A stretch of DNA of 64,000 bases, taken from NCBI RefSeq assembly GCF_963921235.1, contig NC_086097.1:248870001-248934000 (forward strand). The letters are read 5' to 3'. Each line of letters opens with the position of its first letter. The stretch's first letter is position 1. The notes beneath the pieces are model-generated. The model was not told the DNA's origin. It saw nothing but the letters and a program-made list of their open reading frames with translations, and made no database searches. The stretch comes from Mobula hypostoma. Lineage: Eukaryota. The translations under genes and the position numbers were made by a program. Below, piece by piece: positions 50,508 through 62,451 of this stretch.

Positions 50508-52852
50508 TTTCAGAGGAAGGAGACGGTGTGGGAGGGGTGTATGATTTCAGAGGAGGGAGACGGTGTGGGAGGGGTGTATGATTTCAGAGGAGGGAGACGG
50601 TGTGGGAGGGGTGTATGATTTCAGAGGACGGAGACGGTGTGGGAGGGGTGTATGATTTCAGAGGACGGAGACGGTGTGGGAGGGGTGTATGATTTCAGAG
50701 AAGGGAGACGGTGTGGGAGGGGTGTATGATTTCAGAGGACGGAGACGGTGTGGGAGGGGTGTATGATTTCAGAGGAAGGAGACGGTGTGGAAGTGGTGTA
50801 TGATTTCAGAGGAGGGAGACGGTGTGGGAGGGGTGTATGATTTCAGAGGAGGGAGACGGTGTGGGAGTGGTGTATGATTTCAGAGGAGGGAGACGGTGTG
50901 GGAGGGGTGTATGATTTCAGAGGAGGGAGACGGTGTGGGAGGGGTGTATGATTTCAGAGGAGGGAGACGGTGTGGGAGGGGTGTATGATCTCAGAGGAGG
51001 GAGACGGTGTGGGAGGGGTGTATGATTTCAGAGGAGGGAGACGGTGTGGGAGGGGTGTATGACCTCAGAGGAGGGAGACGGTGTGGGAGTGGTGTATGAT
51101 TTCAGAGGAAGGAGACGGTGTGGGAGGGGTGTATGATTTCAGAGGAGGGAGACGGTGTGGGAGGGGTGTATGATTTCAGAGGAGGGAGACGGTGTGGGAG
51201 GGGTGTATGATTTCAGAGGAGGGAGACGGTGTGGGAGGGGTGTATGATCTCAGAGGAAGGAGACGGTGTGGGAGGGGTGTGTGATTTCAGAGGAGGGAGA
51301 CGGTGTGGGAGGGGTGTGTGATTTCAGAGGAGGGAGACGGTGTGGGAGGGGTGTATGATTTCAGAGGAGGGAGACGGTGTGGGAGGGGTGTATGATTTCA
51401 GAGGACGGAGACGGTGTGGGAGGGGTGTATGATTTCAGAGGAAGGAGACGGTGTGGGAGGGGTGTATGATTTCAGAGGAGGGAGACGGTGTGGGAGGGGT
51501 GTATGATTTCAGAGGAGGGAGACGGTGTGGGAGGGGTGTATGATTTCAGAGGAGGGAGACGGTGTGGGAGGGGTGTATGATTTCAGAGGAGGGAGACGGT
51601 GTGGGAGGGGTGTATGATCTCAGAGGAGGGAGACGGTGTGGGAGGGGTGTATGATTTCAGAGGAGGGAGACGGTGTGGGAGGGGTGTATGATCTCAGAGG
51701 AGGGAGACGGTGTGGGAGGGGTGTATGATTTCAGAGGAGGGAGACGGTGTGGGAGGGGTGTATGATCTCAGAGGAGGGAGACGGTGTGGGAGTGGTGTAT
51801 GATTTCAGAGGAAGGAGACGGTGTGGGAGGGGTGTATGATTTCAGAGGAGGGAGACGGTGTGGGAGGGGTGTATGATTTCAGAGGAGGGAGACGGTGTGG
51901 GAGGGGTGTATGATTTCAGAGGAGGGAGACGGTGTGGGAGTGGTGTATGATCTCAGAGGAGGGAGACGGTGTGGGAGGGGTGTATGATTTCAGAGGAAGG
52001 AGACGGTGTGGGAGGGGTGTATGATTTCAGAGGAGGGAGACGGTGTGGGAGGGGTGTATGATTTCAGAGGAGGGAGACGGTGTGGGAGGGGTGTATGATC
52101 TCAGAGGAGGGAGACGGTGTGGGAGTGGTGTATGATTTCAGAGGAGGGAGACGGTGTGGGAGGGGTGTATGATTTCAGAGGAGGGAGACGGTGTGGGAGT
52201 GGTGTATGATTTCAGAGGAAGGAGACGGTGTGGAAGGGGTGTATGATTTCAGAGGAAGGAGACGGCGTGGGAGGGGTGTATGATTTCAGAGGAGGGAGAC
52301 GGTGTGGGAGGGGTGTATGATCTCAGAGGAGGGAGACGGTGTGGAGGAGTGTATGATTTCAGAGGAGGGAGACAGCGTGGGAGGGGTGTTTGATTTCAGA
52401 GGAGGGAGACGGTGTGGGAGGGGTGTATGATTTCAGAGGAGGGAGACGGTGTGGGAGTGGTGTATGATTTCAGAGGAAGGAGACGGTGTGGGAGGGGTGT
52501 ATGATCTCAGAGGAGGGAGACGGTGTGGAGGAGTGTATGATTTCAGAGGAGGGAGACGGCGTGGGAGGGGTGTATGATTTCAGAGGAGGGAGACGGTGTG
52601 GGAGGGGTGTATGATCTCAGAGGAGGGAGACGGTGTGGGAGGGGTGTATGATTTCAGAGGAGGGAGACGGCGTGGGAGGGGTGTATGATTTCAGAGGAGG
52701 GAGACGGTGTGGGAGGGGTGTATGATCTCAGAGGAGGGAGACGGTGTGGAGGAGTGTATGATTTCAGAGGAGGGAGACAGCGTGGGAGGGGTGTTTGATT
52801 TCAGAGGAGGGAGACGGTGTGGGAGGGGTGTTTGATTTTAGTGGAAGGAGAT
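50508..52852. repeat. 37-bp G-rich minisatellite (about 63 units)
   Basis: Unit GATTTCAGAGGAGGGAGACGGTGTGGGAGGGGTGTAT. Confidence 0.98.
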
Positions 52853-52869
52853 CGTATGAGTGGTTGGGT

Positions 52870-53475
52870 TACAGCTTTAAATCTTCCCTCTTAGACCTTA
52901 GTCTCAGAATGATAGTTTGAGTCTGAGGCCTCCGTTGGTCTGAGTTCACGATGAATATTGTGTCCTCGCTGATTAGATATGCAAGTCTGGGCAGTACGAT
53001 ATGGAGAGCAAGCTGTTGCCCATGTGCTAAGCTCCCCATCTCCATGTGTCTGATGAACCCAAAGGAACGGCAGAGACCGATACAGTTCGGTACCAGCAGT
53101 GTCACAGGAGTTGCCAGTCAATGTAGAACTCAACATAGGACTGTCTTAGGGACTCCAGATTTGGACTTTTCCCTCCGAGTTTTCTCCCGTAGTCTTCCTC
53201 ATGAAAGGGCACAGCCACAAGACAGCCAAAGTTTGAGATCAGAGTTTCCCTTCTCCTGGATGAGCTGCCAACCACGGCTGCCTGAAGCCATTGGCCTTAA
53301 GTTGCCAGTAACCCACCTTTGCATCTTCTCCTGTCAGTGGAAATGGTTTCACCGGGCTTAGTAGCTAAGCCACACGTGAAGGTCAGGGGCTAGCCTTGGT
53401 TGTCAGAGGCTATTTGAGATGCAAGCCATTGGGAGCATTTAATAGTTAGTAGGAGCTTGAACCCTTTACCCCCTG
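52870..53475 (-). mobile_element. RTE 5'-UTR-related non-autonomous element
   Basis: The minus-strand GGCAGCTCATCCAGGAGAAGGGAAACTCTGA resembles RTE/Expander 5' UTR motifs. No ORF. Confidence 0.45.
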
Positions 53476-55809
53476 TCTGTAACAACCTTCAGGAACCAGA
53501 ATGATAGGGCACTGCAGTATATGAACAGGCTCTTCGCCCCATTCTGTCGGGAGCATCCCAAATCTCCCCCACTCTTGTGCTGCAGAACACTCTCCAGATG
53601 GACCAAGGTTCTTGGCACTTCCGCTAGTGTCCTCAGCTTTGAGTTGCTATTAATCCTCGTCTGAGAATGGAGCATCATGGTAGTGTGGCGGTCAGCATAA
53701 CGCTTTACAATGCCAGTGACCCGGGTTCAATTCCCACCACTGTCTGCAGAGAGTTTGTATGTTCTCATGTAACCCCGTGGGTTTCCTCCGGGTGTTTGAG
53801 TTCGACCCGGTGAGCCCTGGGGGTGCTATACTGGCTCCAGAGGCATTGCCACACTGAAGAGCACAAGACGTTGGAGCAGAGTCAGGCCACTGAGGTCACT
53901 CCACCATTCCATCATGGCTGATTTATTATCCCTCTCACCCCTCTTCTCCTGACCGCTCCCCACAACTTTTGACATCCTTACTAATCAAGATCTTATCAAT
54001 CTCTGCTTTAAAGATATTCCATGACTTAACTCCACAGCCATCTGTGGCAACGAATTCCACAAATTCACCACCCTCTGGCTAAACAAGTATCTCCATTTTA
54101 AAGCGTTGTCCTTTACTAAAGGAAACACCCTCCCTACCTCCACTGTCTCTAGGCCTTCTCAATGTTCATTAAGCATCTCTATCAAGTCACCTTTCACCCT
54201 TCTTTGTTCCTGAGAGAAAAGCCCTTGTTCGTTCAAACTACCTCATAAAACATGCTGTCTAATCCAGGCAGCATCCTGGTAAATCTCCTCTGCACCCTCT
54301 CTAAAGCTTCCACATCCTCCCAGCGATGAGATGACCAGAACTGAACACAATATTCCAAGTTTTATAGAGCTGTAACATTACCTCGTAGCCCTTAAGCTCA
54401 ATGCCCTGACTAAAGAAGGCCGACACACCAAACGCCTTTATATTGGGAAGTTGATGTCCCTTTACTTCAAAGTTTAAAGTTTAAAGTAAATTTTTTATCA
54501 ATGTACACATATGTCACCATATACGAGATTCATTTTCTTGCAGGCAAACACAGGAAGTCCAAGAAACACAATAGAATCAATGAAAGCCTGCCTCCTAGAG
54601 GACAGATATGCTTATGTTAGGCATTCCCTCATAAAGCCTTGCAAAACACGGCAAATGTACAACATCCACACAGAATCTTGGTAACGGTAAAACACTTTTC
54701 CCCCACCAGTACAGACGTTGACCTTAAAATGGCCTTTATCTGCTAACCAGGGCTCTGTCCTACTGTTTACAGAAAGTTAGTAAGCAATCTTATGCCAGAT
54801 TTTAAATGAGCTGAGCCCACAGGATTGGCAGTCACTTTCGTGCTCCTTGCTCTGGCAGGCAGCCGGCCCTGGCACACAGTTTGCTGGGATCGTACTAGTG
54901 GGTCCGTTCTCAAGAAGTCCTTCCCGATCTTTCCAGCTTAGCTAATGTTTCAAGAATGCAGAATCGTAGAAAAGTGATGACACAGAAGAAAGTCGCTTGG
55001 CCTATCTTCTCTGTGCTGGTCAAAGAAAGGAGCTCAACAATTCCTGCCTTTAGTACCCGGTCCAAAGTCCCACAGGAATCTGCCCTTCAGGAACACGCTG
55101 CATCAGCTTTGAAGTGTGATGGAGTTCAATGCCTCTATCAGCCTTTGGACAGTGAGAACTGAACTCTTTCCATCCTTCAGTTCAAAAACCGATCCTCCTC
55201 TCCCCTCTAATCCCATAATTATTTTAAAAAAGCAGTTTTGACCACACTGTTAAAGGAAATAGCTCCTTCCTAACTTATCTATCCACCCAGTCCTGAAGAA
55301 GGGTCTTGACCTGAAACTCGACTGTCTATTCATTTCCATAGAAGCTGCTGAGTTCCTCCAGCATTTTGTGTGTGTTGCTTTGGATTTCCAGCGTCTGCAG
55401 AATCTCTCGTGTTTATGCATTTCAGTTTAGTCTTCCCTCAGCCCCCTATATTCAAAAGAGATCAACCCTAACCTATCCGATCTTTCCCCTGTCATAATTT
55501 TCCCCAGTCCTGGCAACAATGCTTGTAAATCTCCTTTGCAGGCGTTCCCACCCTGGTATTCACGGACCCCTTGGTTAACGGTATGGGTCCGAGGCATTAA
55601 AAAAAGGTTGGGAATCGCTACCCTAATGCTGTCTCCAGCTGTCCTGTAATGCAGTACTCAAGCTGTAGCCTAACTGCAGAAGTCTCCTGTTCCACCCTAA
55701 TTCCCTTGCTTTTATGCTTCGTGCATTATATTCCTTCTTTCTTCATTCCCCACCAGAAAAAAAAAACAAGTCTACCCAGACAAATCAATTTTAACTTTTT
55801 CAGTCCTCA

Positions 55810-56410
55810 TTAGTCAGGGGATTTGTTTCAAGAGCCGCGAGGTAGCGTTGCAGCTCTATAAAACATAAAACTCTGGCTACACCTCACGTGGAGCAATGTG
55901 TTCGGTTCTGGTTGCCTCATTATAGGAAGGATGCGGAAGCTTCAGAGAGGGTGCAGAGGACGTTTGCCAGGATGCTGCCTGGATTAGAGAGCATATCTTG
56001 TGGGGATGGGTTGAATGAGCTAGGGCTTTTCTCTTTGGAGTGAAGGAGGATGAGAGGCGAGTTGATAGAGATGTGCAAGATGATAAGAGGCATAGATCGG
56101 GTGGATAATCAGAACTTTTTTTTCCAAGGCAGAAACACAAGGGAGCAGAATTTTAAGGTGATTGGAGGAAAGTATAGGGTACACACAGAGTGGTGGGTGC
56201 CTGGAATGCCCTGCCAGGGGTAATGATAGAGGCAGATACATTTGGGCCATTAAGAAACTCTTGGATAGACAAATGGATGACAGGTAACTGGAATACTATG
56301 TAAGAGGGAAGGGTTAGATTGATCTTAGGGTAGGCTAAAAGGTCGGCACAACATTGTGGGCCGAAGGGCCTGTACTATGTTGTAGTGTTCTATGCTCTAC
56401 TATATGTTCT
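55810..56410 (+). mobile_element. CR1 3' fragment
   Basis: Homologous to other CR1 3' ends, ending in the GGGCCGAAGGGCC hairpin and TTCTATG tail. Confidence 0.82.
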
Positions 56411-57374
56411 ATTTGTACACTTCCACCATGACTGCTCCCAAATCCTCTCTGCCCTCCGTCAACACTTCTCTTCCCAATTTCCATCATTCTAAACATTCCT
56501 GTCCAGTCTGAAATGTCCAGTTCCCTCTAAGCACAAGAGATTTTGCAGATGCTGGAAACCTTGTTCAACCTGCTGGAGGAGCTCAGTAGGTCAAGGCAAT
56601 AAGTTGATTCTCCTCCATAGATGCTGCCTTGACCTGTTGAGTTTCTCAAGCATTTTGTGCGCTTTGCCCTGGAATTCCAGTATCTCATGTAGACTCTTGT
56701 CTATCCCATTCAGCCTCACTGTGCGACCGTCTGATCTCACCACTCCTTTTCAGCCTGATTGCTGAAGTACTTACTTTTTATTTATTGAGATGCAGCACAG
56801 AATAAGCCCTTCCAGCCCTCCGAGTTGCGCCACCCAGCAATCCCCCGATTTAACACGAGCCTAATCGCGGGATACTTTGCAATGACCAATTAACCTACCA
56901 GCCAGTACGTCTTTGGACTGTGGGAGAAAGCTGGAGCACCCGGAGGAAACCCGCACAGTCACGGGGAGAAGGTACAAACTCCTCACGGACAACTGTGGGA
57001 ATTGAACCCCTGTCACCCGTACTGTAAAGCTTTGTGCTGACCACTGTGCTACTGAGCCACCCCCGCTTTCATAACGTTCACCAGCCAGTTAAATAGATAA
57101 AAATCATTTAACTCTGAAGTATCGAAGGCTACAGTCCCTAATGCAGGCAAATAGTAATTTGTGTAAACGGGCAAAGAGGTTGTCATAGATGGGGTAGGCT
57201 AGGGAGACAGTTCCTACACTATACAGCTTCATGAGTCTACAGCTCTACACAGTTTCCAGTCATTGGCCACCGGAGGGTCCCTGTGGAAGCTCTGGACCAC
57301 CACCTTCTAACCTCATTCTGAGACAGGGACCCTCTCTCTGTTCAGATGGGTGTGAATGATCAAATGCCACCTGT

Positions 57375-57725
57375 TATAGGGTGGTAGTTTGGGGATAAGT
57401 TTCTCCCAAAGGATGCGTAAGGCGCCACCCCCCCCCCAACTCTCCACTTAGTACTCTCGATCAGGGTCACGTGAAGCCATGTGACCAGGTGGTGGATGGT
57501 CGTATGAGCAGCCGGTCCATATCACAAGTCCTGGTTATGTGACCACTGACACCAGGCAGACAATCTCTGAAGAGTATTGATAATGGCCGGGGTCACCCGA
57601 CTTGTAAAGACACTGCCCTGAAGAAGGCAATGGCAGACCACCCCTGTAGAAAAATTTGCCAAGAACAGTGATGGTCAAAGACCATGATCGGCCACATCAT
57701 ACAACATGGCATGTGATGATAATGA
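57375..57725 (+). mobile_element. SINE with RTE-like 3' tail (copies at 4160-5300 split, and 31420-31780 minus)
   Basis: Three homologous copies in the window; GAAGAAGGCAATGGCA(A/G)ACC is an RTE-type tail motif. Confidence 0.65.
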
Positions 57726-57744
57726 TATCACCAGTTAAGTGTTA

Positions 57745-60700
57745 GAGCATTTATAGCACAGGAACAGGCCATTCGGCCCACAATGTTGTGCTGACTCGGC
57801 TAAAAAGCAAATCAAAAATACCCAAACACTAATTCCTCCTACCTACACAATATCCATATCCCTCCATCTTCTTTACATCCATGTGCAGATACAAACGTCT
57901 CTTAAAAGCTTCTAATGTATTCGACTCTACCACCATTCCAGACTGTACAATCCAGGCATCCACGACTCACTGAATAAAAAACTTACCCCTCACATCCCCT
58001 TTGAACCTACCCCCTCTCACTTTCAATGTGTCCCCTCTGGTATTAGACATTTCAACCCTGGAAAAGGATACTCCCTATCTACTGTATCTATACCAATCAT
58101 AATCTTATAAACCTCTATCAGATCTCCCCTCAGCTTCTGGTGCTCCAGAGAGAAGAAAACAAGTTTATCCAGCCTCTCATGATAGCACGTGCCCTGTAAA
58201 CCAGGCAGCATCCTGGTAAACCTCTTCTGCACCCTCTCCAAAGCCTCAAATTATTTCCTGTGGTGAGGTGACCAGAACTGTATGTAATACTCCAGACGTG
58301 GCCTAACCCGAGTTTTATAAAGTTGCAACATAACCTCTTGACTTTTGAACTCAATGCCTCGACTAATAAAAGCAAGTATTTCAGAAGCCTTCTTAACCAC
58401 CTTATCGACCTGTGTAGCCATTTTCAAGGAGCTATGAACTTGTACCCCAATGTCTCTCTGCTCAGCAACACTGATCTTTCCCTTAACGTGTATTCAGTCC
58501 TTGAGCTTGAACTTGCCCTACCAAGGTGCAAAACCTCTCATTTATCTGGGTTAAACTCCATCTGCCATTTCTCTGCCCATATCTGCAATTGATCTATATC
58601 TTCCTGTGCACTTTGCCAGTCTTCCACACTACCCACAAATCCACCAATCTTGGTATCATCCACAAATTTACTAACCCACCCATCTACACTTTCAGCCTGG
58701 TCACTTATAGACATTACAAACAGCAGAAGACCTCGCACAGTTCTCTGTGAAACTCCACTAACTACAGACCTCCGGCTTGAAAAGGTCCTTCAAACTCTAC
58801 CCTCTGCCTTCTATACACAATCCAGTTCCGAATGCAAATAGCCAATTCACCTCAGACCCAATTCATCTTAAAAGTTCATCGGTTCATTTCATTATCAAGC
58901 TATGATATGCAGGAGAGAACTCTGAGATTTGTCTTCTCCAGGTAGCCACAAAATAGAGAAAACTGTAGAAGTAGTTGAAGGAAAGACATCAATTCCCCAC
59001 TCCCCCGGCACGAAACGAAAAAGAAATGAAAACTTCTTCTGAATTAGCCTCCCATGAGGGACTTTGTCAAACACCTTAATAAAATCCATGTATTCAACAT
59101 ACACTGGCCTAGCCTCATCATTCTCTCTCATCACCACGTCAAAAAACTCCATCAAGTTGGTAAGGCACGACCTGCCACGTACAACGCCATGCAGGCTCTC
59201 CCTAGTTAGACCATGAGTTTCCAAATGCTCATATATCCTATCCCTAAGGATGTTCTCCCTAAAATTGGCGTGAAACTCACCGGTCTATAGTTCCCAGGAT
59301 TCTCCCTTGTTCCCTTCTTAAACAGAGGTGAAATATTAGCCGCTCACCAGGGTTTCGGGGCCTTGCCTGTGCCTGGAGAGGACACAGATACTGGTCAAGG
59401 CCCCAGCAATCTCGTCTCTTGCCTCCTTCAATAATCTGGAGTAACTCCCATTACGTCCGTGGGATTTACCCAGTTTAATACTCAACAGGAGGCCTAACAC
59501 TTCCTCCTCCTTGACCTCCTAACATACACTCAACTCTGATCTCCTGGGCCTCCATATCCTTTTCTTTGGTAAATACTGAAGCAAAGTACTCATTAAGGAC
59601 CTCACTCACATTCCCCCCCTTATCCTTGAACAAATCCACCCTCTCCCTAGTTATCCTCATGGTCTTGATTTATGTATGGAATGCCTTCAGATTCTCCTTA
59701 ATCCTGGCTTTCCTAATTCCATTCTTAGGTTCCTTTCTAGATTCTTTATACTCCTCGTGCGCTTCATTTGATCCTAACTTCCAAAGCCTAACATATTTTT
59801 TCTGTTTCTTCTTGACTAACTTCATCATTCCTCTGGACCTCCAAGGTTCTCTTATCTTTCCATCCTGGTCCTTCCTTCTGACAGGAACATATCTTTCCTG
59901 TACTCGGTGCAATTGATCTTTAAGCACCCTCCACACGTCTGATATGGACTTGCCAGAGAAAAGGTGTTCCCAATTAACGCTTCTTAGTTCCTGCCGAATG
60001 CCCTCATAATTTGTCCTACTCCAGTTTAAAACTCTCCCACAATGGCCGTACCCATCCTTATCTATAGCTATCCTGGAAGTTAAGGAGTTGTGGTCACTGT
60101 TCCTTGACTAATCACCCACTGAAAGGTCAGTCACCTGGCCAAGCACATTTCCCGATACCTGTTCAGAAGAGCCCCTCCTCTCATTGACCCGTCCACATGT
60201 TGATTTAAGAAACCTTCCTGGAAACGCTTAACAAATTTTGCTCCATCTAGACCCTTTGCACTAAGAGGTCCCACTTTATATTAGGGAAGTTGAAATCCCC
60301 CATGACAACAACCCCGTTATTTTTACACATTTACTTAATCTGATTACATCTCTGTTTCTTAATGTCCCAGTGGCTATGGGGGGGGGGGGGTGTCTGTGGT
60401 ACAATCCCATCAGTGTGATTGCTTCCTGTTCTGGGTTCTACCTAAATGGACTCAGTGTCTGACCCCTCCATTATATCTCCTCTGGACGCAGCTATGATAT
60501 TGTCCCAAGTGCATCTCCCCCCACACCTTTTACCTCCTCCTCTATCTTTTCTAAAACTTTGAAAACCTGGTACATTAATCACCCATTTCTCTCCTTCTGT
60601 CAACCAAGTTTCAGTAAAGGCTGCAACATGACAGTTCCCCGTACTGATCCGTGCTCTAAATTCATCACCCTTACCTATAATACTCCTAGCATTAAAATAT

Positions 60701-61460
60701 GCACACTTCAAACTATCCAACCCATCACACTTGTTACTTCAATTTTGCCTTTCAACACTTTCCCTGACATATACCTTCTGGTCCGATCCTTCCCTTACTG
60801 ACCTGTTGATCCGGTTTCCAGCCCCCTGCAAAACCAATTTAAACTCTCCCAAAAAACATCAGCAAACCTCCCAGCCAGGATATTGGTCCCCCCCCAATTC
60901 AGGTGCAGCCACTCCCTCTTGTAGAGGTCACCCCTCCCCCAGAAAAAGTTCCAATGATCCAAGAATTAGAAACCCTGTCCCCTGCACCATCTCCTCGGCC
61001 ACTCAGTCATCCATGCTATCACCCCATTCCTACCTGCATTAGCCTGTGGCGTCGGCTGTAATCCAGAGGTTGCTATCCTGGAACACACACAAAATGCTGG
61101 TGGAATGCAGCAGGCCGGACCGCATCCACAGTCGACGTTTCGGGCCAAGACTCTTCGTCAGGACCCTATCCTGGAGCTGCTTTTCTTCACCCTCTTTCCT
61201 AACTCTGTATACTCACTGCGTAGGACCTCTTACCCCTTTCCGCCAATATGCACCACCACCTCTGGCTGCTCCCCCTCCCCCTTGAGAATATCTTGCAGAC
61301 GCCCCGATGCATCATGGACCCCAGCACCCAGGAGGCAACACACCATCCTGGTGTCTCTCTTGTGGCCACAGAATCTCCTTTCTGCTCCCCAGAAGGGGAG
61401 TTCCTGACCAACAGACCCCCTCCCCTCCCAGAACACCAGTATGAGTTAAAACACATTCAA
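57745..61460 (-). mobile_element. Near-full-length degenerate CR1 LINE (ORF1 esterase-like part, APE endonuclease, RT)
   Basis: ORF1 MVCCLLGA...EGEQPEVVVHIG; APE CAYFNARSI...FTETWL; RT MDFIKVFDKVPH and SKFVDDTKIG. Broken frames and small secondary insertions. Confidence 0.9.
61129..61165 (-). ncRNA. Minimal type I hammerhead ribozyme motif (PLE-associated)
   Basis: The minus strand reads GGUC-CUGACGA-A-GAGUCUUGGCCC-GAAAC-GUC-GACUG. The catalytic core is intact, with one stem II mismatch. Confidence 0.62.
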
Positions 61461-62451
61461 TACTCATTAAGTTAATCAAGTTAAATTGGGGATTATGTGG
61501 ATCCTGCACTTGTCTCTGAAACAAAATATGGCAACGTAGAGTGACAGTGACGTCACGACTACATTCTGCTGTCTTGCAGATTGACTCATTACATAGTGCC
61601 CTGAGGTAGGATAATGTAAAACAATAACGATGCAGGATAAAGCCAGGGTGTACTGTGCCAATGTATATGTTGTGGTCTGTAAGTCTTGTCCTGGGGCAGG
61701 CAAGTGACTTTACCGTCTCACTAAATGGATGGAGAAAGCCCATGGTCAAAGTCAAAGTAAATTCATTATCAAACTTTAGATATATCCAAAGTAAATACTA
61801 CCTTGAGATTCATTTTCTTGTAGCTAGTTACAGGAAAATAAATAAATAGCATACATAAACAAAGCCTGTCAAACAACCAATATGCAAAAGAAAATCGTGC
61901 AGAAGATGAGTTGTAAAGACCTTGAAAGTGAGTCAAGGTTGTGGAATCAGTTCGGAGTTACAATGAATCAAGTTCTCCATGCTGGATCAGGAGCCTGATA
62001 GTTGAAGGTAATAGCTGTTTCTGAACCTGGTAATGTGAAACCCAAGATTTCAGTACCTCCTCCCCGATGGCAGCAGCGAGAAGAGAACGTGGCCTGGCTG
62101 GCGGGGGGGTCCTTGATGATGGATATTGTTCTCTGTTGGACAGAGCTCCTTGTAAATGTGCTCAATGGTGGGGAGGGCTTTGCCTGTTGTGGACTGGGCT
62201 ATATCCACTACTTTGTGTAGGCATATCTATTCCAGGGCATTGGCGCTCCCATGCCAGGCCATGATGCAAACAGTCAGGATACTCTCCACGGTGCATCTAC
62301 AGGCTTTAGGTGACGTGCTGAACCTATGCAACATCTTTGTGAAGCTTTGTGACCTATGGATGGTCTGTTCCACAGGCTGATACAACACCACATCAGTCTG
62401 CAAATCCTCAATGCTCTTTTCCGAGGGAAGAGAGTGGTAGTCTGCAAGCAA

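Noticed and set aside
50508..52852. Possible CRISPR array
   Set aside because: The units are head-to-tail with no unique spacers, there are no cas genes, and the context is vertebrate.
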